A stretch of DNA of 64,000 nucleotides. Source: an uncultured Chloroflexia bacterium. GTDB taxonomy: Bacteria; Chloroflexota; Limnocylindria; Limnocylindrales; CSP1-4. Positions within the stretch are counted from its first letter, which is position 1. Every line of letters begins with the position of its first letter. Of this stretch, positions 21,531-31,594 are shown piece by piece. Where the stretch lies: positions 342,103 to 406,102 of the forward strand of contig CAVTIO010000003.1 in assembly GCA_963734935.1 (NCBI GenBank), read 5' to 3'. Position numbers and translations under genes: made by a program. The notes beneath the pieces are model-generated. The model saw nothing but the letters and a program-made list of their open reading frames with translations. It was not told the DNA's origin and ran no database searches.

Positions 21531-21737
21531 CTACGAATGCGGACCTCGGAGGATGCGCCACAGGACGAGGGCCGTGCCGACAACCAGGATCACGATCAGC
21601 AACGGCGTGTGAAACACGACCGCCTGTCCACCCGACGGCAGCACCGCCGTCAGCGCCGCGGCAGCGAGAACCACGACCACCACCACGACGGCTACGAGCA
21701 GGACCTCTCGGACGCCGGGCTGACGCGCCTCAGCCAC
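21531..21737 (-). CDS. Small two-TM membrane protein
   Basis: Two hydrophobic stretches; GTG start overlaps the nnrE stop. Confidence 0.7.
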   Translation of the reverse strand: MAEARQPGVREVLLVAVVVVVVVLAAAALTAVLPSGGQAVVFHTPLLIVILVVGTALVLWRILRGPHS

Positions 21738-22512
21738 GATCGGCCCCGGGGGGAATGCCGATCGGCGCAACCAGGACGCGACCGGCCAGGGCGCGACCCA
21801 TCTTCGTCCGCAGCCCAGTCTTCGGCCGATGGAACGTCACCGTGAGATCAGCCCGCACGACGGGATCGGAGGGATCGCCCGATGTCAGGTCGACGGCGGT
21901 CGGCGTATCGACCGCCAGCACCGGGACGCCGGTCGCGCGAGCCCTGCGGATCAGCTCCACGGCACCCCGCACCGGCTCCCGCAACTGGCCGCGAACACCC
22001 GTCCCGAGCAGGGCATCGACGACCACGGCCGCCCGCTCGATCCCCTGGGCGAGGATCACCAGCTCCCGGGTGGCGGGGGCATGGACCCTGGTGACCCCGG
22101 GTTGCTCGTCCAGCCGCCGCCAGTTACGGGCGGCGTCGCTCGTCCTTGGTCTTTCATCGGGCGCCACCAGGACGGCGATCACCGTCATCCCCCACGCGCC
22201 GAGCCGGCGGGCCGCCACGAACCCGTCGCCGCCGTTGTTACCGGGACCCGCGAGGACCAGAACCGGCCGATCCTGCCGCTCGTTGTGAACCGCCAGGGCA
22301 CGTGCGGCGGCCGCCACGGCGGTGCCAGCGTGCTCCATGAGCCACTCACTCGCGATCCCCTGCGCCTGGGCCTTGCGATCGGTGCCGGTCATCGCTTCAC
22401 CCGAGATCGGGGCGCGGTCGGCCGCATCGGCCCAGCGGAGCGCAAGCTCATCGAGCGTCATGTCAGCGATGGCGGGGTCGTCCGCGGGTAGCGGGACGGT
22501 GTCGGAGGGCAT
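21730..22512 (-). CDS. nnrE: NAD(P)H-hydrate epimerase (stand-alone YjeF_N)
   Basis: LMEHAG, GPGNNGGDG, DALLGTG, AVDTPT and ADLTVTFH; TACTCT -10 box 7 nt before ATG. Confidence 0.9.
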   Translation of the reverse strand: MPSDTVPLPADDPAIADMTLDELALRWADAADRAPISGEAMTGTDRKAQAQGIASEWLMEHAGTAVAAAARALAVHNERQDRPVLVLAGPGNNGGDGFVAARRLGAWGMTVIAVLVAPDERPRTSDAARNWRRLDEQPGVTRVHAPATRELVILAQGIERAAVVVDALLGTGVRGQLREPVRGAVELIRRARATGVPVLAVDTPTAVDLTSGDPSDPVVRADLTVTFHRPKTGLRTKMGRALAGRVLVAPIGIPPGADRG

Positions 22513-22623
22513 CGGCAACAGAGTACCGGTGGCGTCCCGCGAGCGACGAGTGTCGGGACCCCGGCTCCGCGCCCGGGCGGGACCGCGATCGGGCGATTCG
22601 CCGGGTCCCCCTGGATCGCCGCT

Positions 22624-23748
22624 TCAGCGGACGGTGACGGCCACCCGCTGCACGTGGTTCACGCCCATTCCCTGGCGGTTCCACGGTTGCTCGAGCGGCT
22701 GCACCTGGCCGGTGGCATCGGTCGCCCGACACGCGAGCTCGTGCTCGCCGCGCGTTGCCCGCCACTCGTGCCGCCAGCCACGCCAGGCGAAGTCACCCCG
22801 GGCCGGCTCCAGCTCCGCATCGGACCACTGACCGTCCACGCCGACCTCGACCCTCACGACGGACGCCACGCCGGACCAGGCACGGCCCGACAGCGTGACC
22901 ATGCCCCCGTCGACGTACCGATGGCGGGTGAGGAAGTCCGGAATGCCGGGCGGGATCATCAGCGCCCGGACCCGTTGCCGCGTCACGGGCTCGCCGGGAT
23001 CGTCTCCGTCCTGCTGATACCGGTACGCGTCCGCCTGTTGGTAGCCCGCAAACGGCTCGATCACGGCCTCGATCGCCGTCAGCCACTTCACGCTGGTCAT
23101 GCCGTACCAGCCCGGGACGAGGAGGCGGACCGGGAACCCGTGCTGCGGCTCCAGTGGCCGGCCGTTCATCTCGTACGCGAGCATCACCTCGGGCCGACGC
23201 ACATCCTCGATCGAAAGTGACCGACCGTACGCCTGCTCCTGCTCGCCCTGGATCCCGCGGTCGGCCCCGTGGAACACAATCTCGATCGCGTCGTCCGCGA
23301 GATCCGCCTCCTCGAGGATCGGCCACAGCGAGGTCCCGGTCCAGTCCGCGGTCCCGATCGCCTCGTGGAGCCACGGGACCGAGATCGGTCGCGGGTCGAG
23401 CCGGGCTCGTCCGTTTCCTGCGCACTCCATCGTTACCGGCATGGTCGTTCGAGGCCGTGCGCGCAGATCGTCCATGGTCAGTGACAGGCTGCGCCCCACC
23501 CGCCCTTCGACCGCGACACGCCACGTCGCCTCGTCGGCGACCGGGATGTCCCAGTGGATGACGAGATAGTGGAGTCCAACCGGCGTCGTGTCGTGGGTCA
23601 TCGCCTCGAGCGGCATCCCCCGGTTGCGGAACGCGAGCCCGAGCTCGTCGAAGGTCAGCGGGCCGTCCGTCGGCTCGTCCAATTCCGGAGTGGGCTGGGC
23701 CGTGGCTGCCTCCCCCGATGGGGTCGGCTGGGTCGAGAGCTTCGTCAT
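22624..23748 (-). CDS. Sulfite oxidase family molybdopterin oxidoreductase (no signal peptide)
   Basis: ECAGNGR Mo-Cys, LAYEMNG...HGFPVRL...PGWYG...SVKWL, C-terminal Ig-like domain (GRAWSG...RATDATG). Confidence 0.9.
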   Translation of the reverse strand: MTKLSTQPTPSGEAATAQPTPELDEPTDGPLTFDELGLAFRNRGMPLEAMTHDTTPVGLHYLVIHWDIPVADEATWRVAVEGRVGRSLSLTMDDLRARPRTTMPVTMECAGNGRARLDPRPISVPWLHEAIGTADWTGTSLWPILEEADLADDAIEIVFHGADRGIQGEQEQAYGRSLSIEDVRRPEVMLAYEMNGRPLEPQHGFPVRLLVPGWYGMTSVKWLTAIEAVIEPFAGYQQADAYRYQQDGDDPGEPVTRQRVRALMIPPGIPDFLTRHRYVDGGMVTLSGRAWSGVASVVRVEVGVDGQWSDAELEPARGDFAWRGWRHEWRATRGEHELACRATDATGQVQPLEQPWNRQGMGVNHVQRVAVTVR

Positions 23749-23819
23749 CTCACGATGATGACGCGGCGGTCGAAGGCTGTCTGCATCCAAAGTTCCAGCT
23801 GCCCGAGCGCGTCCATGAG

Positions 23820-24668
23820 TCACGCGCAGATCCGGGCCCGATCAGCGGCGACCTCCACGAACCCTTCGCGCGATAGAGCCGCGACGGCCTCGCCAATCGC
23901 CTCGGGCCCGTGACTGCCGAGCTCGTTCGGGATGATCACCCATTCACCGGCAGCCGACGTGAGAAGCTGAACGAGCCGTCCGCGCAGCCACCGCCGAGTC
24001 GACGGGAAGCTCGGTGACGGCGCGCGCCGTCTTGGCGGCATGACGGCCCCCGTGGACGCGCACACGCTCGCGAGCGGGCAGCTGTCGCAGCGGGGCAGCG
24101 GCGCGCACACGAGCGTCGCGAGGTCCATCACGGCGTCCAGCCAGCGTCGCGGCTCCCGAGGCGACACGAGGGCGTCGGCGGTTTCCTGGAGGCCACTGCC
24201 TGCCCCCGTCACCCGCGAGATGACCCGGCGAACGTTCACGTCAAGGGGCGCCACGGCCACGCCGAAGGCGGAGGCAGCCACTGCCCGTGCTGTGTAGGGT
24301 CCGACACCAGGCAGCGCATCGAGGGCCTCGACTGACGCCGGCACGAGCCCAGCGTGCTGCTCGGTGATGACCCGTGCGGCCTCCCGCAGGGCAAGTGCCC
24401 GGCGGTTGTAGCCCAGCCCCGACCAGGCTGCGAGGAGATCGGGAGTCGGGGCGACCGACAGGGCCCTGGGCGTGGGCCAGAGGGTCACGAAGCGTCGCCA
24501 CATCGGACCAACCCTCTCGACACCCGTCTGGTGAGTCATGACCTCGGCCACGAGGATCTCCCAGGGGCTCGAGGCCTCACGGATCACGAGTTCGCGGCGC
24601 GCCATGTCGTGCCACCGGAACAGGCGCGTTTCGAACTCAGGCCGGGTCAGGGGAAGGCGGTCGGTCAC
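23820..24668 (-). CDS. mutY: A/G-specific adenine glycosylase (short form)
   Basis: EVMTHQT, WSGLGYNRRA, HhH LPGVGPYTA, LDVNVRR and 4Fe-4S Cys cluster CAPLPRCDSCPLASVC. Confidence 0.88.
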   Translation of the reverse strand: MTDRLPLTRPEFETRLFRWHDMARRELVIREASSPWEILVAEVMTHQTGVERVGPMWRRFVTLWPTPRALSVAPTPDLLAAWSGLGYNRRALALREAARVITEQHAGLVPASVEALDALPGVGPYTARAVAASAFGVAVAPLDVNVRRVISRVTGAGSGLQETADALVSPREPRRWLDAVMDLATLVCAPLPRCDSCPLASVCASTGAVMPPRRRAPSPSFPSTRRWLRGRLVQLLTSAAGEWVIIPNELGSHGPEAIGEAVAALSREGFVEVAADRARICA

Positions 24669-24777
24669 GCAGGCTCTTCTATCATGCCGAGGTGATGGTC
24701 CTCAAGCGCGAGGGCTCGAGATGCCGCCTGGCCGCGGAGAACCCTCCGGCAGCCGAAGGATGGCCGAATGTTAAGAT

Positions 24778-25860
24778 GTGAGCACGCCACGAGGCGCCTG
24801 TGTAGAGGCTGGGGTGTCCAAGCGCCGGAGCGAAGATCAGGATTCCGCTGATCGCGACCAGACTCTTGCTGATCGCGAGCAAACCCTGGCCGATCGCGAC
24901 CAGACTCTCGCTGATCGCGACCAGACTCTCGCCGATCGCGACATCGCCGACTCCATTCGCGACGAGGAGACGTCCGCTGCCGACCAGTTGATCGCCGATC
25001 GTTCGGGACATGGCACAGCTTCTGAGGACCTCGAACGCGAGTCCGGCCGGCTCGCCCGGGCCGAAGTGCTCGCCCACCGACGGGCAACGCGGCTGGACCG
25101 CTCCGCGGCGTCGGTCGCGCGCGACGAGACGGCTGCTGAGCGCGATGAGACGGCAGCCCGGCGCGACGAGGCAGCTGCCCGGCGCGACGAGGCCGCCCGG
25201 CAGCGAGACGACGCAGATCGCGACCTCGAGAGGCGCCTCACGGCTTCGGGGATTCCGGTCTCGGACCTCTTTCAGCAGATCCGGGCGAACGCCGCCGCCG
25301 CTCGAGCAAGGGCGTCCGTCGACCGGGAGAGGGCGGCGGCCGACCGAGCAAGCGCAGCGCGGGACCGCCTCCGCCTGGAGCGGGAGCTGGAGGAAGCGCA
25401 CCTCGATGACCTGACCGGAGCCTGGCGACGAAATGCCGGCTGGCTGGCCATGACAAATGAGATCGAGCGGGCGCGGCGCGGAGATGGCCGTCTCGTTCTT
25501 GCCTTCGCAGACATTGATGGCATGAAGGAGATCAACGACCAGCGCGGCCACGCTGCCGGCGATCGTGTTCTCCAGGTGCTGGTAGCGGCAATGCGGAGCC
25601 ACCTCCGCGCCTTCGATCCGATCGTCCGCTACGGCGGCGATGAGTTTGTGTGTGCGCTTGGCGGCGTCGATCGCGACGATGTCGAGCACCGGTTCGTGGC
25701 AATCGCCCGCATCGTACGAGACGAGGTCGATGCCGGGGTGAGCGCGGGGATCGCGACGCTCCGAGCCGAGGAGACGCTCGACGAGATCGTCGCCCGCGCC
25801 GATGAGCTCCTGCTCGAGGCGAAGCGATCCCACGGGATCACCGATCAATCGGGGGCCTAG
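24778..25860 (+). CDS. Diguanylate cyclase with N-terminal heptad-repeat coiled coil
   Basis: DDLTG, DIDGMKEINDQRGHAAGD, RxxD I-site and GGDEF; N-terminal (ADRDQTL)n and (RDExAAx)n repeats. Confidence 0.92.
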   Translation: MSTPRGACVEAGVSKRRSEDQDSADRDQTLADREQTLADRDQTLADRDQTLADRDIADSIRDEETSAADQLIADRSGHGTASEDLERESGRLARAEVLAHRRATRLDRSAASVARDETAAERDETAARRDEAAARRDEAARQRDDADRDLERRLTASGIPVSDLFQQIRANAAAARARASVDRERAAADRASAARDRLRLERELEEAHLDDLTGAWRRNAGWLAMTNEIERARRGDGRLVLAFADIDGMKEINDQRGHAAGDRVLQVLVAAMRSHLRAFDPIVRYGGDEFVCALGGVDRDDVEHRFVAIARIVRDEVDAGVSAGIATLRAEETLDEIVARADELLLEAKRSHGITDQSGA

Positions 25861-25892
25861 CCGTCGGCGGAGTGGATCGAAGGAGGTCGCCG

Positions 25893-26822
25893 ATGGCGAT
25901 ACGGTTCGGAGCAGCGTTCTGGGTGCAGCGGACGACCTGGCCGGAGCTGGCCGAAGGCGTACGCCATGCCGAGGCAGCCGGTTTCGACGACCTGTGGATC
26001 GACGACCACCTGCTGTCCGACGAGGGCGACTGGCGTGATCCCAAGCTCGAGGGCTGGATGACCCTCGCGGGGCTTGGCACGGTCACGACCCGTGCGCGGC
26101 TGGGCCACATGGTCTCGGCCAACACGCTCCGCAATCCCGGCCTGACGGCCAAGATGATCGCGACGCTGGACCACATCTCCGGCGGGCGGGCGATCCTGGG
26201 CATCGGCGGTGGCTGGTTCGAACGTGAGCACGAGGCATTCGGGTTCGATTTCGGCAGCGGCTTCGGGGAACGCCTGGACCGGCTGGGTGAGGCCGTGCCC
26301 CTCATTCGGCGACTGCTTGATGGCGAGCAGGTCACGCACGAGGGCCGGTTCTATACCTTCCACGATGCCGTGGCAGCCCCGCGACCGATCCAGGACCACC
26401 TGCCGATCCTGATCGGCGGGTCCGGCCCGAAGAAGACGCTGCCGCTGGTGGCGCGGTACGCGGACCTGTGGAACATGTACGGGACGCCGCAGGTGGTCGC
26501 GGCGGCCGATGCGGTGCTGCGATCCGCGTGCGAGGCGGTCGGCCGGGACCCTGCCGCGATCGAGCGGACGGTCAATGTCAACTGCGTGATCCGGCGTGAT
26601 CGCGACTCGGCACAGCGCGCCTGGGTTGCGTGGCGAGACGCCCACCTGCCCCAGGAGGATGAGCGCGACCTTGACGTCGGCGGTTCTCTCGACGACGTCG
26701 TCGAAGCCCTGGCCGCCTACCGAGACGTCGGGTTCAGCCACCCGGTGCTCATCTTCCGAGCACCGTTCGACGTCGAGACGATGGATCGGCTGCCGGAGCT
26801 ACGGGCGGCGCTCGGCGGATGA
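25893..26822 (+). CDS. LLM-class (luciferase-like, probably F420-dependent) oxidoreductase
   Basis: AEAAGFDDLWIDDH, RNPGLTAKM, LDHISGGR, GIGGGWFEREH and IGGSGPKKTL; RBS AGGAGG. Confidence 0.9.
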   Translation: MAIRFGAAFWVQRTTWPELAEGVRHAEAAGFDDLWIDDHLLSDEGDWRDPKLEGWMTLAGLGTVTTRARLGHMVSANTLRNPGLTAKMIATLDHISGGRAILGIGGGWFEREHEAFGFDFGSGFGERLDRLGEAVPLIRRLLDGEQVTHEGRFYTFHDAVAAPRPIQDHLPILIGGSGPKKTLPLVARYADLWNMYGTPQVVAAADAVLRSACEAVGRDPAAIERTVNVNCVIRRDRDSAQRAWVAWRDAHLPQEDERDLDVGGSLDDVVEALAAYRDVGFSHPVLIFRAPFDVETMDRLPELRAALGG

Positions 26823-26981
26823 GCTGCGCCGCCGGGTGCGGGCGGCGCTCGGCGGTCGCCGCGGACCGGAAACCTGGCGCGGACGCGGCACGGGCCAGGA
26901 TGTTCGACGCCCGCGCCTCCCGGCTCGTCTTGGTGGCGCGGGGTTGCTGCCCACGCGCCACCGCGTCCCCGCGACTGGCCC

Positions 26982-28436
26982 CTAGACGCCCGTGTTGATC
27001 GTGATGTGCTTGATCGTCGTGTAGTCCTCGAGCGCGTACTTGGAGCCGTCCTTGCCGTAGCCCGACTCCTTGACGCCGCCGTGCGGGGTCTCCGACGCGA
27101 GCGTGAAGTGCTCATTGATCCACACCGTGCCGAACTGCAGGCGGCGGGCGACGCGCATGGCCCGGCCGATCGAGCCCGTGAACAGCGATGACGAGAGGCC
27201 GAACTTGACGTCGTTCGCCCACTGAACGGCCTGCTCCTCGTCCGAGAAGCGCTGGACGGTCACGACCGGCCCGAACACCTCGTCCTGGACGATCTCGCTC
27301 TGCTGGTCGGGGTTGGCAATGATCGTGGGCTCGAAATAGGCGCCCGGCCGACTGGGCCGGTGACCGCCGTACACGAGCTCGGCCTTGGCCTCGAGCGCGC
27401 GGTTGACCATCCCCTCGACCTTGTCCGCCTGTGCCTGCGCGATGAGCGAGCCCATGTCGAGGTCGTCGGCATCGGCAGGATTGCCCCACTTGATCGTCTT
27501 GACCTGGCCTTCGAGCGCGGCGAGCAGCGGCTCGTACACCTTGGGGCCCGCGATGACCCGGCACGCCGCGGTGCAGTCCTGGCCGCTGTTCCAGTAGCCC
27601 GCGGACTTGAGGATCTCGGCCGCGAGATCGACGTCGGCGTCGTCGAACACGATCACCGGCGCCTTGCCGCCCAGCTCGAGATGAAGCCGCTTGACGGTCC
27701 TCGCCGCGATCTCCGCCACGTGCTTGCCTGTCACCGTGTCGCCGGTGATCGACACCATCCGAACTTTGGGATGGCCGACGAGCATGTCGCCCATCGCCCC
27801 ACCTGAGCCCGCCAGCACGTTGAGCACGCCTGCGGGCAGCTGGTCCGCGATCAGCTCGGCGAACCGGAGCGCCGAGAGCGGCGTGCGCGCCGACGGCTTG
27901 AGGACCACCGTGTTGCCGGTGGCGAGCGCCGGGCCGAGCTTCCAGGCGGCCATGTAGAGCGGGTAGTTCCAGGGTGCGATGCTGGCGACCACGCCCACCG
28001 GGTCGCGCCGGACCATCGAGGTGTGACCCTCGAGATACTCGGTCACCGCGAGGCCCTCGGGCACGCGGCAGGCGCCCGCGAAGAACCGGAACAGGTCGGC
28101 GCAGGTGGCCATCTCGTCGATGGCGAGCGCCGCCGGCTTGCCGGTCTGGAGCGACTCGAGGCGGCCCAGCTCGTCGCCGTTGGCCTCGAGGATGTCGGCG
28201 ATCTTGAGCAGCGCCAGGCTGCGGTCCTGGGGGGTGGTGAGCGACCAGCTCTCGAACGCCTCGGCGGCGGCCTCGACGGCGGCATCGACATCGGCCTGGG
28301 CGGACGCGGGCACCGTCGCGACGACCTCGCCGGACGCCGGGTTCTCGACCTCGAGGGTGTCGCCCGAGACGGCGTCGGTCCAACCGCCGCCGATGTACTG
28401 CTGATACGCCTTGACGGGGTTGAGGGTCTCGGTCAC
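26982..28436 (-). CDS. Aldehyde dehydrogenase, gamma-aminobutyraldehyde dehydrogenase-like
   Basis: PWNYP, ITGDT, LELGGKAP, GQDCTA, EVFGPV and PHGGVKESGYGKD; RBS GGAGG before GTG 28436. Confidence 0.9.
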   Translation of the reverse strand: MTETLNPVKAYQQYIGGGWTDAVSGDTLEVENPASGEVVATVPASAQADVDAAVEAAAEAFESWSLTTPQDRSLALLKIADILEANGDELGRLESLQTGKPAALAIDEMATCADLFRFFAGACRVPEGLAVTEYLEGHTSMVRRDPVGVVASIAPWNYPLYMAAWKLGPALATGNTVVLKPSARTPLSALRFAELIADQLPAGVLNVLAGSGGAMGDMLVGHPKVRMVSITGDTVTGKHVAEIAARTVKRLHLELGGKAPVIVFDDADVDLAAEILKSAGYWNSGQDCTAACRVIAGPKVYEPLLAALEGQVKTIKWGNPADADDLDMGSLIAQAQADKVEGMVNRALEAKAELVYGGHRPSRPGAYFEPTIIANPDQQSEIVQDEVFGPVVTVQRFSDEEQAVQWANDVKFGLSSSLFTGSIGRAMRVARRLQFGTVWINEHFTLASETPHGGVKESGYGKDGSKYALEDYTTIKHITINTGV

Positions 28437-28534
28437 GTGGGCCTCCATGCACGCGGGATCGAGCGTGCCTGCGACGGTTTGGGAGTGATGCCGTTTGATC
28501 CGATGATTGTGCCCCGGCCGCAACCCGGCTTCCA

Positions 28535-28622
28535 GTCGAGCCCGGTCCGCGCGACGGTCGAGCCCGGTCCGCGCGACGGTCGAGCCCGGTCCGCGCGACG
28601 GTCGAGCCCGGTCCGCGCGACG
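28535..28622. repeat. 22-bp perfect tandem repeat x4 upstream of ALDH
   Basis: GTCGAGCCCGGTCCGCGCGACG at 28535, 28557, 28579 and 28601, with no spacers. Confidence 0.95.
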
Positions 28623-28952
28623 GCGATCGCGGCCCGAACGACGGCGAGCCGCCGTGCCAGCGAGCCGTGGGACGCCGGCGAACCCCTGTACCGCGGCGAT
28701 GAGCCTGCCGCGCGGGCACATTTCCTTCAATCAGTCATGGGACGGGTAGTAGACGTCGAATGACGCCGCGCCAGGTCGTGTTCGCACCCGCGCGAGGGAC
28801 CCCGTGAGCGAGGCTACGCACGGTCGGCGTCAGTTGGCGCGCGGAACAACCTGGATTCTCGTCCGGAACCCGCGTCGGACCCGGCTTCTACCCGGCCTTG
28901 TGGTAACTGGTGGAAAGGGACCCGGCGGCGCGACGGGACTGACTCGGACCCT

Positions 28953-30272
28953 CTAGCGCGTGACCGGCATGTGTGTCGCCGCGACCCGCTCGATCAGGTC
29001 AGCCGCTCGCACCGTGCCAGCGCCAGCCTGCATCCGCGCCGAGATCGCGGCCATCCGCTCGTGGAGCGCAGTGTCAGCGAGCAGCGCGTCGATCGCCCCG
29101 GTCAGCTCGTCGTCCTCGAACCCGTAGGTCGACAGTCGCCGTCCGAAGCCCAGCTCGTGCACCCGCTGCGCGTTGTCGACCTGGTCCCAGAACAGCGGCA
29201 GCACGATCATCGGCTTGCCGTGGTGGAAGCTCTCGACCACCGTGTTGTTACCGCCGTGCGTGATCACGAGATCGACCTGGGGCAGGATCGCCGGCTGCGG
29301 GAGGAACGACTCGCCGGTCATGTTGTCGTGGAGCTGGATCTGGTCGGCAAGCGGTCCCTTCGACACGATCACCCGGTGCCGGGTTCGCCCCAGCACATCC
29401 ACCAGCCGCTGCATCAGGTCGACGTCGGCCGAGCCCAGCGAGCCCAGCGAGAGATAGATCAGCGCGCCCGGTCGATCGGCGAGCGCCGGGGGCACCGACC
29501 AGTCCCCGTCCGTCGCCCGGATCGTCGAGTCGAGCTGGTGCCACGTGGGACCGAGCGGGTCCGCACGCCGGTAGTCGGCCTCGGCAGGGTACGAGTACAG
29601 GTTAAGGAACGGCGATTCGTGCATGAACTCGGGTCCGAGCTCCGTGTTGCGCAGCCCGCCCGCCCCGCGGTCGCGACAGAAGGCGTCGAAGTCGGTCCAG
29701 GAGTCCGCGTGGATCCGGCGATACTCGGCACGGAACACGGTCCAGCGTGAGGGATCGCCCGCCGGGTAGCCGGACGAGAACGGCGCGACGAACGGGTCGA
29801 GCATCTCGGCGGGGTTGCAGGACACGATCCGTACCCATGGCCGGCCCGACGCCATCACGGCCGGGAACGAGACCACGTTGTCCTCGACGATCGCGTCGGG
29901 CTCGAGCTCGTCGATGATCTCGGTCAGCCGCGGATCCACGTACTTGGCGCCGTCGATCAGCGCCTGCCAGGTGGGCTGGATGAACTCCCCGATCTGCTCG
30001 AGGGTGGACTTGCGGAACACGGGCGCGGTGTCGCGGATGAAGTCGATCCAGAACTGTCCCGGGACCTCCGGCTCGGCCGGCGGTGGCCCAAGCCGCATCA
30101 GGCGCTCTTCGAACCCCTTCGCCTCGAGGTTGCCAGCGAACGACTCCTCGACGATGAACACCACCCGATGGCCACGGCGTCGAAGGACGTCCCCGATGCC
30201 GACGCAGTTGTTGGTCGGGCCGTAGGCGCCCTCGGGGAAGAACACGATCGTCCGACCGTCGGTCACTGTCAC
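28953..30272 (-). CDS. GT1 (MGT/UGT-like) glycosyltransferase
   Basis: YLSLGSL and UGT signature FLPQPAILPQVDLVITHGGNNT...P.FWDQ.DNA. Confidence 0.9.
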   Translation of the reverse strand: MTVTDGRTIVFFPEGAYGPTNNCVGIGDVLRRRGHRVVFIVEESFAGNLEAKGFEERLMRLGPPPAEPEVPGQFWIDFIRDTAPVFRKSTLEQIGEFIQPTWQALIDGAKYVDPRLTEIIDELEPDAIVEDNVVSFPAVMASGRPWVRIVSCNPAEMLDPFVAPFSSGYPAGDPSRWTVFRAEYRRIHADSWTDFDAFCRDRGAGGLRNTELGPEFMHESPFLNLYSYPAEADYRRADPLGPTWHQLDSTIRATDGDWSVPPALADRPGALIYLSLGSLGSADVDLMQRLVDVLGRTRHRVIVSKGPLADQIQLHDNMTGESFLPQPAILPQVDLVITHGGNNTVVESFHHGKPMIVLPLFWDQVDNAQRVHELGFGRRLSTYGFEDDELTGAIDALLADTALHERMAAISARMQAGAGTVRAADLIERVAATHMPVTR

Positions 30273-30400
30273 ACCTCTCGTGCATCGCAGGAGGTTCGTC
30301 GATGGCGGCTGGATCGCGCATCGACTGCCCGACCTCCTTGCCGATCATCGCACGCTCGACACGCTCGATCGCGAGCGTTGCCCATGGCGGACGGCCGAGG

Positions 30401-30463
30401 CCATCGCGGGGCGCGGCTCCACCCCGGCGCGCGGGTCCATCGCGGGGCGCGGGTCCATCGCGG
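30401..30463. repeat. Degenerate 18-bp tandem repeat x3.5 in divergent intergenic region
   Basis: CCATCGCGGGGCGCGG(C/G)T units. Confidence 0.8.
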
Positions 30464-30646
30464 CATCCGGGCGAGTTGTCCCGGCCCGGATCGATCGCAC
30501 GGCCCCTCGCAATGGGCCGGGATGGCACGTCCCCGGCAGCCCGCACGTGCGGAGACTGGTGCCGGTGCGCGACCCATGACGTGGCGCGCTCGGTGAGATG
30601 CGGCCGAAACCAGACACTCGCCGGCGTCTCCGGGAGGCAGACAACG

Positions 30647-31594
30647 ATGACATTGACGATCGCCGGGCTCCGCAAGCGGTTCGGCGAGGTGCAGGCGCTC
30701 GACGACGTCTCGTTCGACGTGCCGTCGGGCGAGGTGTTCGGATTCCTGGGTGCGAACGGCGCCGGGAAGACGACGACGATGCGGATCGTGCTCGGGTTGC
30801 TACGTGCCGACGAGGGCACCGTGACCCTCGATGGCCGGCCGGCCCACGGCTGGCCGCGCCGCACCTGGGGCTACCTGCCCGAGGAGCGCGGCCTGTACCT
30901 GCGGATGCCGGTCATCGACCAGCTCGTCTACTTCGCATCGCTCTACGGCGTACCGCGCGCGAAGGCGCGGTCGGATGCGTTGGACTGGCTGGCCCGCTTC
31001 CGCATCGCGGAGTATGCGGAGCGCCGCGCCGAGACCCTGTCCAAGGGCAACCAACAGAAGGTCCAGTTCATCGCGACCATCCTCCACGACCCCGACGTGC
31101 TGCTGATGGACGAGCCGTTCTCGGGGCTCGACCCGGTGAACGTCGCGCTCCTCAAGGCGGCCTTCCTCGAGCTTCGGGACCGGGGCAAGGCGCTCCTGTT
31201 CAGCACCCACCAGCTGGAGCAGGCCGAGGAGCTGTGCGACTCGGTCGCGATCATCGACCGGGGCCGGATCGTGACCTCGGGCCAGACCCGCGAGGTCAAG
31301 CGCTCGACCGGCCACCAGGTGGTCCGCGTGGCGTTGGCGGGCGACGGTGACGGCGCATGGCTGAGCGGTCTCCCGCACGTGACGGTGACACGACCGGGCC
31401 GTGACTACACCGAGGTGCTCCTGGACGCCGGTGCCAATCCGCAGATCGTGCTCCAGGCAGCGATGGCCCACGGCGGTGACGTGCTCCGGTTCGAGGTGGG
31501 CGATCCATCGCTCGAGGAGGTGTTCGTGGAACGCGTCGGTGCCGTGGACACGACCGAGCAGACGCTGGCGCCGGCCGAGGCGGTGCGGTCATGA
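30647..31594 (+). CDS. ABC-2 exporter ATP-binding protein (NatA/YhaQ-like)
   Basis: GANGAGKTT, LSKGNQQK, DEPFSGLD and STH; RBS GGGAGG. Confidence 0.93.
   Translation: MTLTIAGLRKRFGEVQALDDVSFDVPSGEVFGFLGANGAGKTTTMRIVLGLLRADEGTVTLDGRPAHGWPRRTWGYLPEERGLYLRMPVIDQLVYFASLYGVPRAKARSDALDWLARFRIAEYAERRAETLSKGNQQKVQFIATILHDPDVLLMDEPFSGLDPVNVALLKAAFLELRDRGKALLFSTHQLEQAEELCDSVAIIDRGRIVTSGQTREVKRSTGHQVVRVALAGDGDGAWLSGLPHVTVTRPGRDYTEVLLDAGANPQIVLQAAMAHGGDVLRFEVGDPSLEEVFVERVGAVDTTEQTLAPAEAVRS

Noticed and set aside
28535-28622. CRISPR array
   Set aside because: Repeats are head-to-tail with no spacers and there are no cas genes; the same applies to 21424-21491 and 40666-40769.
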